Part shown: positions 55,071 to 64,000 of the stretch, one piece after another
Layout: the number at the start of each line of letters is the position of its first letter
Position numbering within the stretch: the first letter of the stretch is position 1
Source of the DNA: Verrucomicrobiaceae bacterium
Lineage (GTDB): Bacteria > Verrucomicrobiota > Verrucomicrobiia > Verrucomicrobiales > Akkermansiaceae
DNA length: 64,000 bases
Assembly (NCBI GenBank): GCA_051252135.1
Contig: JBPOGH010000014.1
Coordinates: forward strand, 1-64,000
Direction of reading: 5' to 3'
Program-made: the position numbers and the translations under genes
Notes under the pieces: generated by a model
What the model saw: the letters and a program-made list of their open reading frames with translations, nothing else
Database searches by the model: none
Told to the model about the DNA's origin: nothing

Positions 55071-57073
55071 CGCGGAGCTTCTGTAGCAGAGGAATCGAGA
55101 AGCTCAAGCCCCACGATGCAAACATCGTCATCAAATTTTCCTCCCGCGGCATAGGCCCTCGCTTCTTCCACCACCGCTCCGGTCTCCTGGCACTTTTTCA
55201 GGGCTGAAACCATCCGCTCCACCCCGAACTCTTTTCCTTCCTCATCCTGAACCTCAAAAATCCCGTCCGTAAACAGCCACATCCCCGAACAATCATCCAG
55301 CGAAAGCTCCCGCTCACCGTAGTCCACCCCCGGAACTAACCCCAACGCAGGCCCCTTATCCCCCCCAAAAACCAAGGCCTCAATCTCCCCTCCCAATTTC
55401 ACCAGGGGATCCGGGTGCCCTGCCGACGCCACCCGCAGCGTCCCCTCCTTCAAATCCACCACCCCGTAGATTGCCGTCGAAAACATCGTAATCCCGGTTC
55501 TCTCCAGCAAATGGCACAACCCCTCATTCAACCCTCCAAGAAACAGCGCCGGATCATGCCGCGCCTCATGCCCCTTCTCCATCAACCCCCGTAGCATCGA
55601 TACCACCAGCGCGGCCCTCACCCCATGACCCATCACATCGCATACCAAAAACGCCGCCACCGATTCATCCACCTTGATCACCTCGAAAAAATCACCAGCC
55701 AACCCGCTGGCCGGCTCATACCGATGATCAAACCTCACCGTCCTGCCCCCATGCCCGATGATCGGCAAATGCTTCGGAATCGCCGCCTGCTGCACCTCCT
55801 TGGCCAACCTCAATTCCTCTTCCATCGAGTCGTTCTTTCGGGTCAGCACCTTTGCCAGCTCCACCAACTGGTTCCTCGTCTTCACCAAATCCGTCACATC
55901 CCCCGAGACCCCAAAGGTTCCCACCAACTCACCATTTTGATCATACCAGGGATACTTCGCACTGATCACCCAGGTAATATGACCATCTTTCCAGGCGATC
56001 CTCTCGAGCTTTGACGCAAGCGGCACTCCCGTCTCCATCACCCGCTTCTCATCCTCCCACGCCACCTCGTAATGATCGGGTGAGAAAAAATCCCGGTCAT
56101 GCTTCCCGATCAAATCATCCACCGTCCCCACCCCGATCAAATCCACCATCCCCTGATTCACCAAAACAAAGTTCGATTCCCGATCCTTAAAATAAACAAA
56201 CATCGGGATGTTATCGATCACCAGCCTCAGCCGATGCCGCTCCTCCTCAATCGCCTGATTAACCCCCGCCAATGTCGCCGCCATCTCCGCCAGCCTGTTC
56301 TCGGTCTCCACCAATTCCGTCACATCATTGGTCACCCCAAAGGTCCCCTTCACATCACCATCAATCCCGATCCACGGCATCTTGGTCACCATGACCCAGG
56401 ACTCCCGCCCGTCCTCCCATACCTCATGCTCCATCTCATTGAGCTGCCCCTTCCGGGTCTCCATGATCCGAAGCTCCATCTGCCGGGATTCATCAGCATG
56501 CTCCGCCCGAAAAAAATCATGATCCGTTTTCCCGATCATTTCCTCCGGCGATCCCCCACCCATCCTCTCGGCAGTCGAACGATTCACTTTGATAAAGCGC
56601 GAATCCCGATCCTTCAGGTAAACATTCACCGGAACATTCTCGAGCAACAGATCAAGTCGGGCCCGCTCCTCTTCCAACTCTGCCTCGGCGTTCTTCCGTT
56701 TCGAAATATCAATGATACTTCCCACCAGCCGAACCACCGTCCCCGCCTCATCACGTCGCGGCACGGCCCTCACCCGGAACCACTTCCAAGGGCCCTCAAA
56801 TGTCTTCACCCGCGCTTCCATCGCAAAGAGCTCATTCCCTCCGCAAAAAACATCATCCATCTTGCGCTTCCACGCAGGATAATCATCCCCATGCACAAAG
56901 TCCTGCGCCTTGGCGATAAAGTTGGGAGCGTCAAAACGCCCGCAACCCAAAAACCGCAACACCCGGTTCGTGAAGAAAATCTCATCCGTTACCAAATCCC
57001 AATCCCACACCCCCTCGTTGGAAGCCTTCAAGGCAAGCTCCAGACGGTTATCGGCATCCTTCGCATCGCTCAT
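55067..57073 (-). CDS. Triple-PAS plus SpoIIE/RsbU-type PP2C phosphatase (paralog 2)
   Basis: EGVWDWD PAS; two VY.KDR.S.F..VN PAS repeats; LAGDFF, CDVMGHG, SAGHP, FTDG, DDVC. ATG 57073 overlaps the upstream TGA. Confidence 0.93.
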   Translation of the reverse strand: MSDAKDADNRLELALKASNEGVWDWDLVTDEIFFTNRVLRFLGCGRFDAPNFIAKAQDFVHGDDYPAWKRKMDDVFCGGNELFAMEARVKTFEGPWKWFRVRAVPRRDEAGTVVRLVGSIIDISKRKNAEAELEEERARLDLLLENVPVNVYLKDRDSRFIKVNRSTAERMGGGSPEEMIGKTDHDFFRAEHADESRQMELRIMETRKGQLNEMEHEVWEDGRESWVMVTKMPWIGIDGDVKGTFGVTNDVTELVETENRLAEMAATLAGVNQAIEEERHRLRLVIDNIPMFVYFKDRESNFVLVNQGMVDLIGVGTVDDLIGKHDRDFFSPDHYEVAWEDEKRVMETGVPLASKLERIAWKDGHITWVISAKYPWYDQNGELVGTFGVSGDVTDLVKTRNQLVELAKVLTRKNDSMEEELRLAKEVQQAAIPKHLPIIGHGGRTVRFDHRYEPASGLAGDFFEVIKVDESVAAFLVCDVMGHGVRAALVVSMLRGLMEKGHEARHDPALFLGGLNEGLCHLLERTGITMFSTAIYGVVDLKEGTLRVASAGHPDPLVKLGGEIEALVFGGDKGPALGLVPGVDYGERELSLDDCSGMWLFTDGIFEVQDEEGKEFGVERMVSALKKCQETGAVVEEARAYAAGGKFDDDVCIVGLELLDSSATEAPR

Positions 57074-59061
57074 CGCCTCACCTCCAGTCCCAACAAACAA
57101 ACATCATCTTCAAACCCTTCCGTTCCCGTAAACTTGCTCCCTGCAGCCACCAGCTTCTGAAGCAATAAATCCAACCTCCCGCCGCGCTCCACAATCTCAA
57201 TCATCCGCTCAAGGCCGAATTCCTCTCCCTTCGAATTCTCCGCCTCCAACAGTCCGTCCGTAAAACAAATCATTCGCTTCAGCCCCGTAAGATCCGCCCT
57301 GATCGACCCATACTCAATCCCCTCCACCATCCCCAGCGCCGGACCCCGGGCCTTCGCCGGAGGATGCAGCTGCCTCACCCCATCCTCAAACACCGCCACC
57401 GGACTCGCATGCCCCGCCAACCCCATCTCAATAAAGTTGTTCGTCAAATCCACCACCCCATACACAGCCGTCGCAAACAAGGTCACCCCGCTCTCCTCCA
57501 GCAAGTGCAGCAACCCGTCGTTCAAGCCCGTTAAAAACTCACCCACCTTGTCCGCTGATGCCGATTGCTTCTCAATCAACCCACGCAACATCGACACCAC
57601 CAGGGCCGACCTCACCCCGTGCCCCATCACATCGCACACAAAAAATCCCGCCCGATCCCTGCCCAAAGGAATCACCTCCAAAAAATCTCCCGCCAACTCG
57701 GAAGCAGGACGATACAAATGATGGAACCTCAACCGCTTCTCCGCATTCGAAAACGACGGCAGTTTCTCCGGAATCAGCGCCTGCTGCACCTCCCTCGCCA
57801 ACATCAACTCCTCCTCCATCTCCTGATTCTTGTCCGCCAACTCGGAAGCCAAACCCTTCAGCTGCCTCTCCGTTCGAACCAAATCACTCACATCCCTCGA
57901 CACCCCGAACGTCCCAAAAATCTCCCCCTCCTCATTCCGCCACGGATACTTTGAGGTCATCACCCACGTATCCTGCCGCCCCCCCCATGTCTCCTTCTCA
58001 ATAATTCCCACAATCGGCTCCCCCGTCTCCATGATCCGGCGCTCATCCGCCTCCGCCTGCCGCCAATGCTCCTCTGAAAAAATATCACGGTCCCTCTTCC
58101 CGTGGACCTCTGCCGAACTCTCCTTCCCAAACCACTCCACCATCGGCTTGTTCACCAACACAAACCGGCAATCGACATCCTTAAAATAAACATTCATCGG
58201 CACACTGTCGATCAGCAGCCTCATCAAATGACGGTCCTTCTCGGCCTCGAGATTCTTCAGATTCAACTCCTCCACCATCTTCTCGTGCTCAATCTGCGCC
58301 CGGACCAAATCCGACACATCATTCGTCACCCCGAAGATTCCCTTCACCTTGCCCGTCTGACCAATCCACGGCTGCTTCGTACTAATCACCCACGTGTCAT
58401 CCTTCCCCTCCCACGTCTCATGCTCCATCTGGTCCACCTGACCCACCTTCGACTCCATGATCTCCACCTCATGATCCCGGGCGACCTGGGCATGCTCACG
58501 GGAGAAAAAATCAAAATCACTCTTCCCCAGAATCCCCGACACATCATCAAAACCCATCTTCTCCGCCGTCGGCTTGTTCGCCATCACAAAGCGCGACTCC
58601 ACATCCTTGAAATAAACATTCATCGGAATGTTATCCATCAACTGCAGCATAAACGCCCGCTCCTCCGCCAACTCACGCTCCGCTGCCTTCCGCTGTGAAA
58701 TATCGATCACACTCCCAACCAACCGAACCAAATTTCCGTCATCGTCCCGCACCGGAGTTCCCCGCAACCGGAACCACTTCCACTCCCCGCCCTTCGTGCA
58801 CATCTGCGGCTCCGCCGAAAACAAGTCCGTCTCCTCCGCCTGCACCTCCCTCAACGACTCATTGAAGCCCTCCGCCGACGCCTCATCCATCAACTTCTCC
58901 TGATCATGGAAAAAATGCGGCATCTCATTTCTCCGGTATCCCAGAAATCGTAAAATCCACGCAGAATAGACAATCTTGTCCGTCACCAGGTTCCAGTCCC
59001 AGATACCCTCCTTGGAAGCTCTCAGGGCGAGCTCAAGGCGATCCTCAGTCCACGTTGCCAT
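57070..59061 (-). CDS. Triple-PAS plus SpoIIE/RsbU-type PP2C phosphatase (paralog 1)
   Basis: Same architecture: EGIWDWN, two VYFKD PAS repeats, LAGDF, CDVMGHG, AGH, FTDG, DDVC. Confidence 0.93.
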   Translation of the reverse strand: MATWTEDRLELALRASKEGIWDWNLVTDKIVYSAWILRFLGYRRNEMPHFFHDQEKLMDEASAEGFNESLREVQAEETDLFSAEPQMCTKGGEWKWFRLRGTPVRDDDGNLVRLVGSVIDISQRKAAERELAEERAFMLQLMDNIPMNVYFKDVESRFVMANKPTAEKMGFDDVSGILGKSDFDFFSREHAQVARDHEVEIMESKVGQVDQMEHETWEGKDDTWVISTKQPWIGQTGKVKGIFGVTNDVSDLVRAQIEHEKMVEELNLKNLEAEKDRHLMRLLIDSVPMNVYFKDVDCRFVLVNKPMVEWFGKESSAEVHGKRDRDIFSEEHWRQAEADERRIMETGEPIVGIIEKETWGGRQDTWVMTSKYPWRNEEGEIFGTFGVSRDVSDLVRTERQLKGLASELADKNQEMEEELMLAREVQQALIPEKLPSFSNAEKRLRFHHLYRPASELAGDFLEVIPLGRDRAGFFVCDVMGHGVRSALVVSMLRGLIEKQSASADKVGEFLTGLNDGLLHLLEESGVTLFATAVYGVVDLTNNFIEMGLAGHASPVAVFEDGVRQLHPPAKARGPALGMVEGIEYGSIRADLTGLKRMICFTDGLLEAENSKGEEFGLERMIEIVERGGRLDLLLQKLVAAGSKFTGTEGFEDDVCLLGLEVRR

Positions 59062-59148
59062 CCTAAATCCTAATCAATACTATCCGCCCCCTATTCTCAA
59101 CGGCAAATCCATCTTTTAAGAATCCCCCTCTTGGGTTAGGGTTCCTCC

Positions 59149-59511
59149 GTGCTCCAAATCGTTTTCAATGAAATCTCCGCCGCCGAGATTTCCCAGCTCG
59201 GCACCCTCGAGCAACTCGAACTCCTCGACGAATTCAAAGTCACCCAGGACGACCTGGAGCACCTTGATGACGAACGCTTTGGCATGATCCAGCGCGACGG
59301 TAAAAAACTCTACCGCTTCCGCTCCGCCGACTGGCGCTTCTACTTCGAGGTCGCCGGCGACCAACTCGTCGTCCACCGCATCCTCCACAAAGGCACCTTC
59401 TCCGACTTCCTCTTCCGCTCCAAACTCCCCCTGGGCGAGGACGAAGCACTCGCCGAGTCCAAGCACTTCTGGAACCTCATCGACGAAGGCCGCAACGCCC
59501 GCCGGACCTAA
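59149..59511 (+). CDS. RelE/ParE-fold-like small protein
   Basis: IVF...LYRFRSADWRFYFEV..LVVHRILH pattern; GTG start. Confidence 0.7.
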   Translation: MLQIVFNEISAAEISQLGTLEQLELLDEFKVTQDDLEHLDDERFGMIQRDGKKLYRFRSADWRFYFEVAGDQLVVHRILHKGTFSDFLFRSKLPLGEDEALAESKHFWNLIDEGRNARRT

Positions 59512-59520
59512 GAGGCTGTC

Positions 59521-60807
59521 TTAAAAGGTCACCACCAGCCAATCCCCCTCCACCTCCTCGTTCGCAAAACGAAGAGCCGGGCCACCCGCCATCGGATTCG
59601 ACACCCCGATCCGAACCTCCGTCGGCTCGCCCCCCAGCTCAAGCCGCCACTCCACCGGCTCCCCCGGAAGCACCTTGCTCAGCCTCCACCCCGGAAACAC
59701 CGGCTTCGTCCGCACCCCCGGTGCACTCCACCGCACCTCCACCGACCAATCATAATAAAAAGGCGCCACCCCGCGATTCTCCACCCTCACCACCAACTCC
59801 CCGCCATCCATTCGCACCTCCCTCACAAAAAGCTCATAACCCATCCCCTGCACCGCCTTGATCGCCCGCACCTTCCGCTCCTCGGGCAACGGAATCCCGT
59901 CCTGATACACCCCCGAGTCCATCAACCAACTCACATGCGTCTCCCTCACGCACTCCATAAAATCCTGCTCCTGCCCAAACTTCTTATCCGTAAACGTCGT
60001 CCGCCAAATCTCCGGCCGAATCTCCCCCCCGATCGGGAACTCCTTCCACTTCCCCTCCAGACCCGCAGCCTTCATCGCCGGCACAAAAAACCACCCATCC
60101 TCCTCCTTCCCCGTATCCCGCGTCGCCCACGCAAACGAATCATCATGATACCCCACCCCCGTCTTCCGGTTGTCCGCATAATGATAATTACCCTCCCCCG
60201 CCGGATAACGCATCAACACATGCGTCTCATTGAACGCCCGATCAAATGCCTCCATCACCTCCACCTGCACCTCCTTCGACGCCCAAAGATCCTCCCTCGG
60301 AAACGTATGCCACTCCCCCCACACCCCCAACATCCCCATCGTCACAAAACCCACCCGCACATCCCCGTCATACCGCTTCCCCAGCGCCGCAATGAATTCC
60401 CTCATCGCCTTGCGCAACCTCTCATCACCGTAATCCGGCGTCAGCTCCACCTTCCCGTCCACCTCCCACTCCGTCACCTTCACCCCCTCCTTCACCAAAA
60501 ACTCCGGCACCGCCCCCTCAATCCCCGGATACTCCAGATACACCCGAAACACCGTCTGCTTCCCGCGCAACTTCACCCCCTCCAGAATCTCCTCCAACGC
60601 CGACCAATCATACCTCCCCCACCCCTTCATCAACTTCCCCATCGGCACATAACTAAACTCCATCGTATGCGGGAAACGCTCCTTCTTCCACTCATTCGTA
60701 TACGGCACCAATCCCTTCAACGGATTCCCCGCCCGCGCCGCCTCATACACCAGCTCCTTCCCGGAAAGTCCATCCACCACCAACAGAAAAAAGATCAAAA
60801 CTCTCAT
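59521..60807 (-). CDS. Putative TIM-barrel glycoside hydrolase (DUF4832-type C-terminus)
   Basis: Signal-like start at ATG 60807; NPLKG, YDWS.LE, LGKRYDGD, GVWGEWH, IGGE, MGY, VENRGVAPFYYDW. Confidence 0.78.
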   Translation of the reverse strand: MRVLIFFLLVVDGLSGKELVYEAARAGNPLKGLVPYTNEWKKERFPHTMEFSYVPMGKLMKGWGRYDWSALEEILEGVKLRGKQTVFRVYLEYPGIEGAVPEFLVKEGVKVTEWEVDGKVELTPDYGDERLRKAMREFIAALGKRYDGDVRVGFVTMGMLGVWGEWHTFPREDLWASKEVQVEVMEAFDRAFNETHVLMRYPAGEGNYHYADNRKTGVGYHDDSFAWATRDTGKEEDGWFFVPAMKAAGLEGKWKEFPIGGEIRPEIWRTTFTDKKFGQEQDFMECVRETHVSWLMDSGVYQDGIPLPEERKVRAIKAVQGMGYELFVREVRMDGGELVVRVENRGVAPFYYDWSVEVRWSAPGVRTKPVFPGWRLSKVLPGEPVEWRLELGGEPTEVRIGVSNPMAGGPALRFANEEVEGDWLVVTF

Positions 60808-60976
60808 CAACCCCTCCTTACGCTCCTCTCCAGCGCTTCCCTTCAATGACTCCGACCTAAAATACCCCTTGCTAATCCCTAAACCCATTGTATGTTGCAT
60901 GAAATTGCATTTGTCTGGATGCTGCATCCCGCAGCTCCTCGATAGGTCGGTTTCCAAACTCCAATCACTTCGACCC

Positions 60977-62953
60977 ATGAAATCCAACAAGCCGGGGCTT
61001 CTCGCTTCCACCCTCTTTGCCATCGCTTTCCCGATCCATGCCATGGCCGCACTCCTCCCCAACGGAGACTTCTCCAACGCAGGCACCTCTTGGGAGGAAG
61101 TCAGCGATGGCGGCACGTTCAACTTCAGCTACCCCGCCACCGACGGCAACCCCGACGGCTTCGGTGTCATCGATAACTCCGCCAACGACGGCGGATTCGG
61201 CATCTGGGTCGCAAACGACGGAGTCATCATGACCCTCGAATCCCTCGGCCTCACCGCCGGCAACGCCTACACCTTCACCCAGGACATGAAAATCCTCTCC
61301 GGGTCCAATATCGGTGGCGTCAAAATCGAATACTACAATGCCGCAGGAGCCGAAATCCCACCTAACACCGGCAACCTCTACCCCGCCCTCATCGGAACCG
61401 GCGCCACCTGGGAAACCTACGAGTTCCCCGCCGCCATCCCTTCCAATGCCACCGGCATTAAGGTCGTCCCCCTCTGGGGCCCCGGCTCCTCCGTCGCCTT
61501 CGATAACATCGGCTACCAAACCACCACCGTCGAACTTCCCCCCGTCCCCAACGGTGATTTCGAGAACGGCTCTACCAGCTGGCTCGAAATCGGCGGAAAC
61601 ACCACCTGGTCCTACCCCACCACCGGAGGAAACCCCGATGGCTTCGGACAAATGGCCAACACCGGAGCATCCGTCGGTCTCTGGGTCGCAAACGGAGGAG
61701 CCCCCCTCTCTCTCGACTCCCTCGGAATCACCGCCGGTGAAGAAGTCACCTTCCTCCAGGACATGAAGCTCATCTCCGGAACCCAGATCGGAGGACTCAA
61801 AATCGAATTCCTCCGCGGAGCGGAATTCCTCGGACAAACCGAGGACCTCTACCCCACCCTCATCGGAAACGGAAGCACCTGGGAAACCTACTCCTTCCCC
61901 GTCACCATCAACCCAAATGCCGACCACATCAAAATCGTCCCCCTCACAGGCGCCGGCTCCACCGTCGGTTACGATAACGTCAGCTTCGGCACCCCTCCTC
62001 CCTCCTCGAACCAGTCCTCCGCAACCACCATCTCCTACGGAAAACTCGTCGAGTGGAACCCCACCAATCCCACCAGCGTCTACCAGCCGCAACTGTCCTT
62101 CGATAACACCAACTGGACCAACCTCGGACCCGAAATCGTCGGCAACACCATCTCCTCCACCTTCGATCCCTCAAATGCCAACTTCCACCGCGTCCTCGAA
62201 CAACAGTTCGCGAACGAGGACGCCATCCTCAACGGAAGCTTCGAGCTCGAAGGCGGCACCGACTGCGCCGAGTCTTGGACCTGCTTTACCGCATCCAACC
62301 AGCCTCCCACCCGCATCACCACCGACTTCCGCACCGGCACCGCCTCCATGCGCATCGCCGTTCAAAATAGCGCCGCCGGCACCCCCAACCAATCCGAACT
62401 CCAATACAACGTCCAGGCCGCAGGGGGCACCGTAACCCCCGGAAACACCTACGACTTCTCGTTCTGGGCCAAGCAAATCAGCAGCGGAGTCAGCTACGTC
62501 CAAAACTACCGCCTCCAGTGGCTCGGTAGCGAAGGCGAAATCCTCCTCGAATCCCCCGGCTTCACCGGATTCACCGGAGGAAATGGCTCATGGACCCAAA
62601 TCTCCACCAACGGCATCGTTGCTCCCGCCGGAGCCGCTTCCGCCTACATCCAAATCTTCGGTGCCACCGGCGCCGTCGCAGGAGCGGAAGCCAAGGGCGA
62701 AGTCCTCATCGATGACGCCTCCCTCATCACCAGCTCATCGGGTCAAGGAGCACCCCTCCCCGCCATCCGTGAGAATGGCATCGGCATCACCTGGCAGGGC
62801 CAAGCCGGTAAATTCTACCAAGTCCAGACCTCCTTCGATCTCGTCAATTTTGAAGACTTCGGCCCTCCCTTCCCCGGCGGTGACCTCCGATCCTCCGTAG
62901 GTGAAGAAATCAACTTCCTCGGTAGATTCTACCGCGTCGTCGAACTTCCTTAA
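60977..62953 (+). CDS. Secreted protein with three CBM-like beta-sandwich domains and two copies of the W..Y..S.D..F.R module
   Basis: Signal peptide from ATG 60977; domains open with PNGDFS, PNGDFE and LNGSFE; the first two are close duplicates; ends GRFYRVVELP. Confidence 0.85.
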   Translation: MKSNKPGLLASTLFAIAFPIHAMAALLPNGDFSNAGTSWEEVSDGGTFNFSYPATDGNPDGFGVIDNSANDGGFGIWVANDGVIMTLESLGLTAGNAYTFTQDMKILSGSNIGGVKIEYYNAAGAEIPPNTGNLYPALIGTGATWETYEFPAAIPSNATGIKVVPLWGPGSSVAFDNIGYQTTTVELPPVPNGDFENGSTSWLEIGGNTTWSYPTTGGNPDGFGQMANTGASVGLWVANGGAPLSLDSLGITAGEEVTFLQDMKLISGTQIGGLKIEFLRGAEFLGQTEDLYPTLIGNGSTWETYSFPVTINPNADHIKIVPLTGAGSTVGYDNVSFGTPPPSSNQSSATTISYGKLVEWNPTNPTSVYQPQLSFDNTNWTNLGPEIVGNTISSTFDPSNANFHRVLEQQFANEDAILNGSFELEGGTDCAESWTCFTASNQPPTRITTDFRTGTASMRIAVQNSAAGTPNQSELQYNVQAAGGTVTPGNTYDFSFWAKQISSGVSYVQNYRLQWLGSEGEILLESPGFTGFTGGNGSWTQISTNGIVAPAGAASAYIQIFGATGAVAGAEAKGEVLIDDASLITSSSGQGAPLPAIRENGIGITWQGQAGKFYQVQTSFDLVNFEDFGPPFPGGDLRSSVGEEINFLGRFYRVVELP

Positions 62954-63126
62954 CTACCATTCCCCCCCCTTGCTGCTCACGCGGCAGGCCCCCCCTCCAA
63001 GCCTCGGGCTGGCTGCGCATTTCGCGCTCCTCCTCGGGGTTTTTTGTCGTCGGATCACTCGTCCCACCACCACCCTCCCACAAATCCCGTGTTCAATTTT
63101 TCCCCTTTTGCATACATTCCCCTCCC

Positions 63127-64000
63127 ATGATCCTCCTCCGCACCACAATTGGACTCCTCCTCTCGTTGTCCTCCGTCCACGCCGAGCTCGCGATCACCGA
63201 ATTCTCCGCCAACCCCGACGAATCCCTCCCGGACACCGACGGCGACTTCCCCGACTGGATCGAAATCCAAAACACCGGAGCCTCCCCCCTCTCCACCGCC
63301 GGATACACCCTCACCGATCAACCGGCTTCCCCCAACCTCTGGATCCTCCCCGATCTCACCCTCCAACCAAACGATTTCCTCCTCATCTTCGCCTCCGGTA
63401 AAGACCGCACCAACCCCGCCGAACCCCTCCACACCAACTTCTCCCTCGCCTCGGATGGCGGCCACCTCGCCCTCCACGCCCCCGATCTCACGCCCCTCTC
63501 CTCCTTCACCTACCCCCAGCAAGCCTACGGATTCTCCTCCAATTCCTCCGGATTCTTCGCCACCCCCACCCCCGGCCTCGCCAACGGCCCTGTCGATTTT
63601 ACCGACTACGTCCGCGACACCAAGTTCAACCCCGACCGCGGATTCTACGACGCCCCCTTCCCCCTCACCATCACCTCCGCCACCCCCGGCGCCACCATCT
63701 ATTTCACCACCGATGGCTCCGCTCCCTCTCCCACCAACGGCACCCTCTACTCCGGCCCCATCGAAATCACCACCACCACCGTCGTCCGCGCCCTCGCCAC
63801 CAAACCCGGCCTCCTCAGCAGCAATGTCGACGCCCACAGCTACTTCTTCCTTCAGGACGTCATCACCCAGCCCTCATCCATCACCGGATTCCCCGACACC
63901 TGGGGAATCGATGACTCCACCAGCAACGGCGCCACCAACCTCCCCCGCCCCGCCGACTACGAGATGGACCCGCGCGTCATCGCCCAATTCGGCGCCCCCG
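63127..64000 (+). CDS. Lamin-tail-domain plus FN3-associated-domain exoprotein (CotH-type architecture likely); truncated by the window end
   Basis: Not in the ORF track. ATG 63127 MILLRTTIG..LAITEFSAN..DGDFPDWIEIQN..LIFASGKDR..LHTNFSL; DRGFYDAPF..GATIYFTTDGS. No CotH domain is visible inside the window. Confidence 0.85.
   Translation, partial: MILLRTTIGLLLSLSSVHAELAITEFSANPDESLPDTDGDFPDWIEIQNTGASPLSTAGYTLTDQPASPNLWILPDLTLQPNDFLLIFASGKDRTNPAEPLHTNFSLASDGGHLALHAPDLTPLSSFTYPQQAYGFSSNSSGFFATPTPGLANGPVDFTDYVRDTKFNPDRGFYDAPFPLTITSATPGATIYFTTDGSAPSPTNGTLYSGPIEITTTTVVRALATKPGLLSSNVDAHSYFFLQDVITQPSSITGFPDTWGIDDSTSNGATNLPRPADYEMDPRVIAQFGAP

Noticed and set aside
60808..61122. Overlapping N-terminal extensions of the 59521-61122 and 60869-62953 ORFs
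   Set aside because: Downstream ATGs (60807 and 60977) give signal peptides and a normal divergent spacer.
309..63837. Many long alternative-frame and antisense ORFs (e.g. 5625-6881, 27445-28644, 35159-36286, 45160-46524, 63055-63837)
   Set aside because: They overlap well-supported genes and are low-complexity (P/S/T- or G/V/E-rich). They are by-products of high GC and codon skew.
1..64000. Genome-wide reassignment of TGA (genetic code 4 or 25)
   Set aside because: TGA ends conserved genes at their expected C-termini (pdhB, gatB, the DtxR-family gene) and forms ATGA overlaps. Trp is encoded by TGG.

Overview
This window looks like chromosomal DNA from a free-living Verrucomicrobiota bacterium. 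That is an inference from the sulfatase richness, PEP-CTERM proteins and LTD/TSP3/LamG exoproteins; no marker gene is present. The first ~21 kb holds four sulfatases, two esterases, a degenerate GH78-like protein and a large metalloprotease. The rest mixes housekeeping genes (rpe, rdgB, pdhAB, mlaE, gatB, aroC, HU, ispA, pfkA) with exoproteins and a tandem PAS-PP2C pair. I saw no rRNA, tRNA, CRISPR, transposase or integrase. Three signals stand out. (1) Two redox genes that the ORF track splits are each one reading frame with an in-frame TGA exactly at the catalytic Cys, followed by a SECIS-like hairpin: a tryparedoxin-like lipoprotein (W-U-G-P-C, 42140-42676) and a BCP/PrxQ peroxiredoxin (T-G-G-U-T-K-Q-V-C, 52629-53132). 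Both are probable exported selenoproteins. (2) Five unrelated secreted proteins share a ~60-70 aa C-terminal module (W..G..Y..[EQ].S..L..W ... [FV][YF]R[VI]), a candidate secretion/sorting signal. (3) A ~200-nt multi-stem element at 32672-32867 has mismatches that become G-U pairs on the minus strand, a candidate unannotated structured RNA. The + strand is strongly C-rich regardless of gene orientation. All family assignments come from recognising motifs by eye; no searches were run.
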